Positions 57,603 through 64,000 of a stretch of DNA of 64,000 nt are shown in pieces. The DNA is from an uncultured Verrucomicrobiota bacterium (GTDB lineage Bacteria; Verrucomicrobiota; Kiritimatiellia; RFP12; UBA1067): NCBI GenBank assembly GCA_946533675.1, contig CAMNBZ010000008.1, positions 5,360-69,359 of the forward strand. Reading direction: 5' to 3'. Under the pieces are notes generated by a model, which saw only the letters and a list, made by a program, of their open reading frames with translations, was not told the origin of the DNA and ran no database searches. How positions within the stretch are numbered: position 1 is the first letter of the stretch; each line of letters opens with the position of its first letter. The position numbers were made by a program, and so were the translations under genes.

Positions 57603-59627
57603 ATGAAAAGAATCTTACTCGCCGCGCTTGTCGCCGTCGCAACCACAAGTCTGTGGGCCGACACCATCACATGGACGGGCGGAGGTGATGGCGAGTCATG
57701 GAAAGATTTGGCGAACTGGAAGGTTTCGTCTACTGATGCTGCACCATCGCGAATTCCTTTGTCCGTCGAAAACTCCGGCGAAGCGGTCGTGATTTCCGGT
57801 GCGGGAGTCGTAGTCAAATACAACGCAGAGGATCCGCGTATCAATGGCACGGAATCGCTCACGATTTCAGATGGCGCGAAACTGGTGCAGACCGTTGCCA
57901 GCTGGTGGTATGGTGATGAAGGCTCGGTGACGATCGATGGTGGCACATTTGATACCGGCCTCTGCTCGGGTACGCATACGTGGCCGAGCTTCAATGTCCA
58001 GAACGGCGGGACGCTGATTGCGCGGACGGATATTTCGGACGCGAACATTACTCTTGATGCGACGGCGACATATGAAAAGACGAGCGCCAACAATTATGTT
58101 CATACCGGTACGGAAAAATTTACGAAGTTTACCGCAACGGGTCTGAATGTCGAACTGTCTGCTACTGCCGAAACGGCGACTTTCGATCAAGACATTACGT
58201 GGACGTGCAAGCTTTTTTCGGCGGCCGATATCCCTATTTCCTGGAAGGCCGGTTCGCTTGTCACATGGGATACGAACTGGGGTGGCTACTACAATGCAGC
58301 CGGAACCATTGACATCGCTGAAGGATGGACGGGTTCGTTTACGTTCGCGTATGCGCCGAGTGCCGTTTTCGCCAGTTGCTTCAGCGGCAAGATCAAATAC
58401 AAAGGTAAGGTGTTGACGGCCGAGACCTTCGCAGATTTGTTTACTGTTGAGGCAACGACGGTGATAGATCCAAGCGAGACGGTTCATGCGGCGTCAAAGG
58501 TGTATCTCACGCCTGCGACGGACTGGAAGGTTGGAATGCTGACGGTGAGCGACAGGACGGCGAGCGGCGCGACTGTTTCGGCCACGCTCGCGCAGGCAGG
58601 TGAAGGCGCGTATTCCGTCTATATGGCATATGGAACGGATGCAATTACAGAGGCTAACATTCTTTCTGTCGGCACTGAAGTGACGGAATCAGATGATGCA
58701 TATACCAAGTCCCTTACGGGATTGACGGAAGACACCGTTTATAATTATGCATTCGCGATCGTGACGAACGGAGCAGTCGCTGCATTTAAGGCAGATAGCT
58801 TTGTCGCAAGCGATTATGACTACATCTACAAGGATGGTGCGTGGGTGGGGAGCAACGAGCCCGTGAACCTTCCGGCGTCCACCGACAGTGTCCTTTTTGC
58901 AAGTGACTATACGACGGCTGGCGAACTGCGTCTGGATAACAAAAAGGTGAAGAATGCCGTCTTGACGTCGAGCACGATGCTCTACGGTACGCTTCAGGTT
59001 GTCAACTCTGCTGTTGTGAACAGGCGCAAGAACATGATGAATCAGGCATCTTATGGCTTCTACGGTGACAATGCCACGCCGCTCAACTTCGTTTCGGAAA
59101 GCGGAAACGGAACCATTTATCGTGCTTCGTCCTATACCTGCCGTTGCAATGACTCTCAGCTTGACGCTTTCGATGATTTCTTCAAGTGCCAGACGGCCAA
59201 GAAGATTCTGCACAATGGCGTTCAGATCGACGCAACCGATTACGCGGCAAATTTCAAGCGCACGGTCGCCACGGACAAGGAAGCGGGAACATTTGACTAT
59301 GGCGACGGTGAAGTTTCAGTTGAAATGAATGTTGTAACGCTGACTCTCTGGGACTCCCTCCCTGCGGATGCCTCCGGGGCCTGGACGGTCAAGGACGGGG
59401 CGCGGGTCAAGCTGACGGAGAATGTGAAGCTTGATTCGCTGACGGTGGAAGGAACGGGCGCGGTGATCGATCTGAACGACCACACGCTCAAGGTCCCGGC
59501 CAACGCGCTGACGGTCAACGGCGAGGTGATCGCGAAAGGGACATATACAGGTGAAACGCTGCCGACCGGTTTCACGAACGGCACCGTGGAGGTTCTCTCG
59601 CCCGGTCTCGTTCTCGTGTTCCGCTAA
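57603..59627 (+). CDS. Lower-GC secreted beta-strand repeat protein (autotransporter-associated-repeat-like N-terminus); function unknown
   Basis: Signal peptide MKRILLAALVAVATTSLWA. ITWTGGGDGESWKDLANWK opening. The codon usage is visibly A/T-richer than in flanking genes. Confidence 0.72.
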   Translation: MKRILLAALVAVATTSLWADTITWTGGGDGESWKDLANWKVSSTDAAPSRIPLSVENSGEAVVISGAGVVVKYNAEDPRINGTESLTISDGAKLVQTVASWWYGDEGSVTIDGGTFDTGLCSGTHTWPSFNVQNGGTLIARTDISDANITLDATATYEKTSANNYVHTGTEKFTKFTATGLNVELSATAETATFDQDITWTCKLFSAADIPISWKAGSLVTWDTNWGGYYNAAGTIDIAEGWTGSFTFAYAPSAVFASCFSGKIKYKGKVLTAETFADLFTVEATTVIDPSETVHAASKVYLTPATDWKVGMLTVSDRTASGATVSATLAQAGEGAYSVYMAYGTDAITEANILSVGTEVTESDDAYTKSLTGLTEDTVYNYAFAIVTNGAVAAFKADSFVASDYDYIYKDGAWVGSNEPVNLPASTDSVLFASDYTTAGELRLDNKKVKNAVLTSSTMLYGTLQVVNSAVVNRRKNMMNQASYGFYGDNATPLNFVSESGNGTIYRASSYTCRCNDSQLDAFDDFFKCQTAKKILHNGVQIDATDYAANFKRTVATDKEAGTFDYGDGEVSVEMNVVTLTLWDSLPADASGAWTVKDGARVKLTENVKLDSLTVEGTGAVIDLNDHTLKVPANALTVNGEVIAKGTYTGETLPTGFTNGTVEVLSPGLVLVFR

Positions 59628-59742
59628 GCGCGGCCGCGTTTTAAGTCCGTGGCACTGTGCGTGAAGGATTCTCTCTCTCATCCTTTTCGTGCGGTGCCGC
59701 GGTCTCTTTTGATCGATTGATGCCAGAGGAGGTGAAGAGGTG

Positions 59743-62700
59743 ATGAACATCCGTATCAAATGCGCCGCGGCGGCGCTGGGCGCAGCCGCTGTTTTCACGG
59801 TCGGCGCGCAGGAGATCGTCACGTGCGGCGGCGGCAGCTACGCATCCTACGCGCCGTGGCGGCTCGCGCGCTCGACGCGCCATTGGGGCGACCAGAGCCG
59901 CATCATGCAGACGCGTCCGCTCTACTTGACCGAGCGCCGCACGGGCGACCCGATCCCGACGAACGACTGGTGGACGGATGCGCTCGTCAGCCGCTGGACG
60001 GGCAACCTCTGGAGCTATCCCGCGAAAGTGCGCATCGACCCGGACGGCGTGCGCGTCGCCTTCCCCTCGTACTGGATCGATGACGGCACGGAAATGAAGG
60101 AGCGCTCGGCGCTCGTCGTCTCCGCCGTCGGCGACTTCAAGCCCGAGGCGACGGAAGTGGACGACTGGCACGACTGGGACGTGGAGATGGTGCTGCGCGA
60201 CGGCGACGCGAGCCTTCGGACGACGCTCGTGCACGGCTCGCCGTTCACCTGGATCGAATCGAAGGGCGTCGCGCTCAAGATTTCAATCGACAGTAAAGGC
60301 GAGGCGGAGCCACGCCGCCGCGCGAAGGGCGGGGGCGAGCTGATCGCGGTCGGCGACGAGCGGTACGGCGTGTGGCGCGGAAAGCGCGCGGACGGCGAGT
60401 GGATCGCCATCGGCCTTCTGCCCGACGAGGCGTCGTTCGAAAAGCTCGCGCCGTATGCGACGGCCGTCATCCGGTCGACCCGCGTCGACTGGAAGTACGA
60501 CGAAAAGAAGGCCGAGCTGACGACGACGTGGCGCGTGACGACGGAGGATCTGCGCGGCCAGACGGAAAACCCTGTCGCGCTTCAGGGATTCCAGCCGCAC
60601 CACCTGAAGCGGACGAAGGTTGGCTTCCAGACGCTCGACGGCCTCGTGTGGCAGACGCCGCGCGGACAGCAGCGCGTCGCCGCAGGAAACTCGCTTTCGA
60701 TCACGTACAGCTTTCCGGGAATGCTGCCGTACTGGGCCGCACCGGGGGAGTTGAGAGTTGAGAATGGAGAGTTGAGAGTTGAGAATGGAGAATCGAGAGT
60801 GGGGAAGAAAACGAGTGGGCGGAACTCTCAACTCTCAACTTTCAACTCTCAACTCTTCAAGGATCTGCTCGCGGACTACGCCGCGCGCGGCAGCTTCGGC
60901 GGCGACACGTACTGGGGCGGCAAGGGGCTTCTGCAGATGGCGTTCGCGATGATGGGCGCGCGCGAGATCGGTGACGGGAAGACGTTCCGCGACGCGCACG
61001 CGAAGCTGCGCGCGAAGTTCGAGGACTGGCTCACGTGGACGCCAGGCGAGGAACGGTTCTTCTTCTCCTACGTGCCGCGCTGGGGTGGACTCGTCGGCGA
61101 AGGGACGAGCTACGATTCCGATGCGTTCAACGACCATCACTTCCACTACGGCTACTTCACCTACGCGGGCGCGCTCCTCTGCCTCGTGGACGACGACTTC
61201 AAGGCGAAGTTCGGCCCGATGCTGACGCTCATCGCGCGCGACTACGCGAACTGGGACCGCGCGGAGACGCGCTTCCCGTTCTTCCGCACGTTCGACCCGT
61301 GGGCGGGCCACTCCTTCGCGGGCGGCGTCGGCGACGGCGGCGGCAACGGGCAGGAATCGACCTCGGAGGCGATGCAGGGCTGGGGCGGGCTTTACCTCCT
61401 GGGCTTGGCGCTCGGCGACGACGCGATGCGCGACGCGGCGATCTTCGGCTATGTGAGCGAGGCGCGCGGCGTGGCCGAATACTGGTTCGACCGCGACCGC
61501 GAGAACATCGACTACACGAAGTTCAAGCACCCGTACAACTCCAACCTCACCTGTCACGGCGTCGGCTGGTGGACGTACTTCTCGGGCGATCCCGTCTGGA
61601 TGCATTCGATCCAGTGGCTGCCGAACACGCCCGCGCTGGACTACCTGAGCGAGGACCTGAAATTCGCGAAGTGGGACTGGGAGCAGATGTGGGCGACCAA
61701 GGAGATCGGCGGCTGGTTCGAGAAGGGCCGCACGCGCGACGGACACGAGACGAATCCTGTCGGCAACGAATCGCTCGGCAACGTGCTGCTCTCGTACCTC
61801 CAGCGCCACGACCCGCAGCAGGCGGCCGACATCTTCGACCGGCTGCGCGCGAAGAAGATGGGCGCGGCCGTGAACGCCGACACGGGCCACATGACGTACT
61901 GGGCGACGCACAGCCACCTGACGTGGGGCGAGCTCGATTTCGGCGTCCGCGCCGATTACCCGTGCGCGCGCGCCTTCCTCAAGAACGGCCGGCGCACGCT
62001 GATGGTCTACAACGCGGCAGAAGTGCCGCGGACGGTCACGTTCTTCGATGCGGTCACGCACGCGGCGGTCGGCATGGTCGCCGCCGCGCCGCGCCGCCTG
62101 ACGGTTCAGCAGGCTGACGGCAAAATCCTGACAACACCCAACTCCACGCTCAACTCTCCATTTTCAACTCTCAATTCTCAACTCTCAACTCTCGTCCCCG
62201 CCGGCGTGATGCTGCCGGACCTCGCGCGCGGGCGGCCGACGAAAGTCTCGTCGCAGGAGAACGGCGCTCTGGCCGGCGCGAACATGACCGACGGCGACGA
62301 CACGACGCGCTGGGGCAGCGCGCATGACGAGACGGAGCTGACGGCGGCGGTCGACCTCGGCGAGGAAGTCGCGCTCTACGGCGTGGAACTGAAATGGGAG
62401 AATGCGTATGCGGCCAGGTTCCTCGTCCAGGCGTCGATGGACGGCGCGAGCTGGAAGACGCTCGGCGGCGAACGCAACGGGTTCGAGGGCGTCCAGAAGC
62501 TGCCGCTCAACGGCGAGAAGGCGCGATGGGTGCGCGTGAAGGGGCTGGAGAAGGCGACGCAGTACGGCATTTCGCTCTTCCGCTTCTCGGTCTACGGCCG
62601 GCCGCAGGGCGCGACGGGCGCGCTCGGCCTGAAGATCGACGCGGACCGTGCCGTTCTGAAGGAGGGCGTGCCGTGCGCGGTCACCGCGTCGCTGTGGATG

Positions 62701-63519
62701 GGCGGCGACCGGTTCAAGCCCGTGGAGCCGGAATGGTCGAGCGCGGATGGCGTTTTTGGCGCGCGCGGCTTCACGCCGACGACAAACGGCTTTGCGACGG
62801 TCACTGCGCAGAGCGGCCGGCTCGCCGTCACGAAGCGGCTGCCGGTCGAAGAGGCGCTGTGCGTCTCGACGTTCGCCTTCACGCCGACGAACGCGGTGGC
62901 GATCGCGGGCGAGGGCGTGAAGATCGGCCTTGCGGCGACCGACCAGTTCGGCGCGGCGATGAAGACGAAAGGGCTCAGGCTCGACATCTTCACGGCCGAC
63001 GGGAAGAAGGTGAAGACATCTGATTATCTGAAAAAGGGAGGCCTGTTCGTCGCCACGCAGCCGGGCGACTACACGCTCACGGCGGCGGTGGACGGTGTAA
63101 CGGCGACGTGCACGATCGCGGCGCGCGCGCGCGGGGATGTGAACCTCGCGCGGCTCGCGACCGTGACGGCGAGCGGCGAGGAGAACGGCGGGCTGAAGCC
63201 GGCGTTCGCGGCGGACGGTTCGATGAAGACGCGCTGGAGCAGCCGCCACCGCGACGGCGAATGGATCCAGTTCGACTTCGGACGGGAGCGCGAGGTGTCG
63301 AAGATCGCGATCGATTGGGAGAACGCGCGCGCGGAGGCGTATACGGTGGAGCTGTCGCGCGACGGCGCGACGTGGAGCACGGTCGCGACGGTGACGCACA
63401 ACGAGGGCGGGCGGCAGACGCACCACTGGAACAGGCAGAAGGCGCGCTGCCTGCGCCTCACGGGCGTGACGCGCAACACCGGCTACGGCATCTCGATCTT
63501 CGAGACCGACATCCGCTAG
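59743..63519 (+). CDS. GH81 endo-beta-1,3-glucanase with Ig-like and two F5/8 type C (CBM32-like) C-terminal domains
   Basis: PIPTNDWWTDAL, FNDHHFHYGYFTYAGALL, FDPWAGHSFAGG and GQESTSEAMQGW match GH81 signature blocks. Two discoidin-like modules end in GISLFRFSVYG and GISIFETDI. GGAGG SD; GTG 59740 is an alternative start. Confidence 0.85.
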   Translation: MNIRIKCAAAALGAAAVFTVGAQEIVTCGGGSYASYAPWRLARSTRHWGDQSRIMQTRPLYLTERRTGDPIPTNDWWTDALVSRWTGNLWSYPAKVRIDPDGVRVAFPSYWIDDGTEMKERSALVVSAVGDFKPEATEVDDWHDWDVEMVLRDGDASLRTTLVHGSPFTWIESKGVALKISIDSKGEAEPRRRAKGGGELIAVGDERYGVWRGKRADGEWIAIGLLPDEASFEKLAPYATAVIRSTRVDWKYDEKKAELTTTWRVTTEDLRGQTENPVALQGFQPHHLKRTKVGFQTLDGLVWQTPRGQQRVAAGNSLSITYSFPGMLPYWAAPGELRVENGELRVENGESRVGKKTSGRNSQLSTFNSQLFKDLLADYAARGSFGGDTYWGGKGLLQMAFAMMGAREIGDGKTFRDAHAKLRAKFEDWLTWTPGEERFFFSYVPRWGGLVGEGTSYDSDAFNDHHFHYGYFTYAGALLCLVDDDFKAKFGPMLTLIARDYANWDRAETRFPFFRTFDPWAGHSFAGGVGDGGGNGQESTSEAMQGWGGLYLLGLALGDDAMRDAAIFGYVSEARGVAEYWFDRDRENIDYTKFKHPYNSNLTCHGVGWWTYFSGDPVWMHSIQWLPNTPALDYLSEDLKFAKWDWEQMWATKEIGGWFEKGRTRDGHETNPVGNESLGNVLLSYLQRHDPQQAADIFDRLRAKKMGAAVNADTGHMTYWATHSHLTWGELDFGVRADYPCARAFLKNGRRTLMVYNAAEVPRTVTFFDAVTHAAVGMVAAAPRRLTVQQADGKILTTPNSTLNSPFSTLNSQLSTLVPAGVMLPDLARGRPTKVSSQENGALAGANMTDGDDTTRWGSAHDETELTAAVDLGEEVALYGVELKWENAYAARFLVQASMDGASWKTLGGERNGFEGVQKLPLNGEKARWVRVKGLEKATQYGISLFRFSVYGRPQGATGALGLKIDADRAVLKEGVPCAVTASLWMGGDRFKPVEPEWSSADGVFGARGFTPTTNGFATVTAQSGRLAVTKRLPVEEALCVSTFAFTPTNAVAIAGEGVKIGLAATDQFGAAMKTKGLRLDIFTADGKKVKTSDYLKKGGLFVATQPGDYTLTAAVDGVTATCTIAARARGDVNLARLATVTASGEENGGLKPAFAADGSMKTRWSSRHRDGEWIQFDFGREREVSKIAIDWENARAEAYTVELSRDGATWSTVATVTHNEGGRQTHHWNRQKARCLRLTGVTRNTGYGISIFETDIR
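60748..60858 (+). repeat. In-frame low-GC palindromic repeat element (inverted arrays of CTCAACT/CTCCATTCTCAACT units)
   Basis: The left arm (60748-60800) is the reverse-complement orientation of the right arm (60823-60858). Two 14-nt perfect complementary blocks. Translated GELRVENGELRVENGESRVGKKTSGRNSQLSTFNSQLF. Confidence 0.9.
62139..62194 (+). repeat. In-frame low-GC tandem array of the same CTCCAYNCTCAACT / CTCAACT family
   Basis: CAACTCCACGCTCAACTCTCCATTTTCAACTCTCAATTCTCAACTCTCAACTCTCG, translated NSTLNSPFSTLNSQLSTL. Confidence 0.88.
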
Positions 63520-63539
63520 CCGCGCGGCGGTTTCGCCGC
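63520..63539 (+). terminator. GC hairpin after GH81 (weak terminator candidate, no U-tract)
   Basis: GCGCGGCG-GTTT-CGCCGCGC directly after the stop codon. Confidence 0.35.
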
Positions 63540-63618
63540 GCACGGTGCGCGCAGGTGGCCGGTTCGCAAACCGTCATGTTTGGATGACGGAAACGGCAAC
63601 GCCGCCGGCGCAGAAATT

Positions 63619-63627
63619 TGATAAAAT
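63619..63627 (+). promoter_or_regulatory. Extended -10 box TGATAAAAT
   Basis: AAATTTGATAAAATACC, then a leader with AAAGGAGA before ATG 63662. A palindrome CCGTCATGTTTGGATGACGG lies ~45 nt upstream. Confidence 0.5.
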
Positions 63628-63661
63628 ACCGAATACGGAATTGCAAAGGAGAACGGAACGC

Positions 63662-64000
63662 ATGAACATGAAGAGGAGTCTGAAGAAAAAACTGTTTCCG
63701 GCGCTAGCCGCGTGCCTGGCGGCGGGTCTGGCCGCGGCGGTCCTGCCGCTCGGCGCCGCGACGTTCGCGGACGTCGCCGCCGCCGAACGCGACGCCGCGC
63801 TCGACCGCGCACAGGCGCGCCTCGCGACGCTGACGCTGGACGAGAAGGTGCGCCTGACGGGCGGCTCGGGCACGATGTGCCTGGAGGTGCCGGGCAGCGA
63901 CGTCGAATGGCAGTTCAGCGACTCGTCGCACACCGTGCGCGCGAACATGGAGCGCTGGACGTGGGACTGCACCGACACGGGCGACGAAGCGACGGTGCTG
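63662..64000 (+). CDS. Secreted glycoside hydrolase, probably GH3 beta-glucosidase (3' partial, runs off the window)
   Basis: My own translation: MNMKRSLKKKLFPALAACLAAGLAAAVLPLGAATFA..LTLDEKVRLTGGSG..FSDSSHTVR. This is a signal peptide plus a GH3-like N-terminal LTLxEKV motif. Not in the ORF track because no stop is reached. Confidence 0.55.
   Translation, partial: MNMKRSLKKKLFPALAACLAAGLAAAVLPLGAATFADVAAAERDAALDRAQARLATLTLDEKVRLTGGSGTMCLEVPGSDVEWQFSDSSHTVRANMERWTWDCTDTGDEATVL

Noticed and set aside
59590-59627. C-terminus ...VEVLSPGLVLVFR of the 674-aa island protein considered as a PEP-CTERM-type sorting signal
   Set aside because: It lacks the PEP motif. The hydrophobic stretch is only about 7 residues and ends in a single Arg. 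This is too short and degenerate to call.

Overview
High-GC bacterial chromosomal window, almost entirely coding. I call 41 CDS and see no rRNA, tRNA or CRISPR. Layout: (1) the 3' 8 kb of a giant glycine-rich repeat protein; (2) a secreted glycan-degradation cluster at 8.1-26.8 kb, holding a transglutaminase-fold/F5-8C protein, a GH95-like enzyme, four GH2 enzymes (one fused to two esterase domains) and a flavodoxin-like lipoprotein; (3) a housekeeping block with HU, murC, dnaX, nfeD-SPFH, a nucleotidyltransferase, comF, mraZ-rsmH-ftsL-ftsI and convergent aspS; (4) a pseudopilin-only operon (GspG plus four minor pseudopilins) translationally coupled to rluD; (5) galM, rnhC (RNase HIII), hisH, an unknown membrane protein, hisF and guaA; (6) a probable beta-1,3-glucan locus (XylR-like AraC regulator, clan GH-A hydrolase, GH81, start of a GH3) interrupted by a visibly lower-GC two-gene island. 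Gene content suggests a PVC-group organism (Lentisphaerota/Victivallales- or Kiritimatiellota-like), but this is inference only. The most interesting signals are not genes. (a) A low-GC heptamer/14-mer repeat element (CTCCAYNCTCAACT) sits in frame inside two glycosidase genes at three sites, once as a full palindrome. (b) A very regular extended -10 box (TTTGATAtAcTA) lies 6-8 nt from the ATG of nine genes, implying widespread leaderless mRNAs. (c) A dispersed CTAG-rich intergenic motif (TCTAGAATCCT) occurs at four loci. (d) Five ~22-bp tandem repeats with GGA/SD-like cores sit directly upstream of an orphan gene in the low-GC island, which is also bracketed by a ~25-bp direct repeat. All product calls rest on motif recognition by eye; no database search was run.
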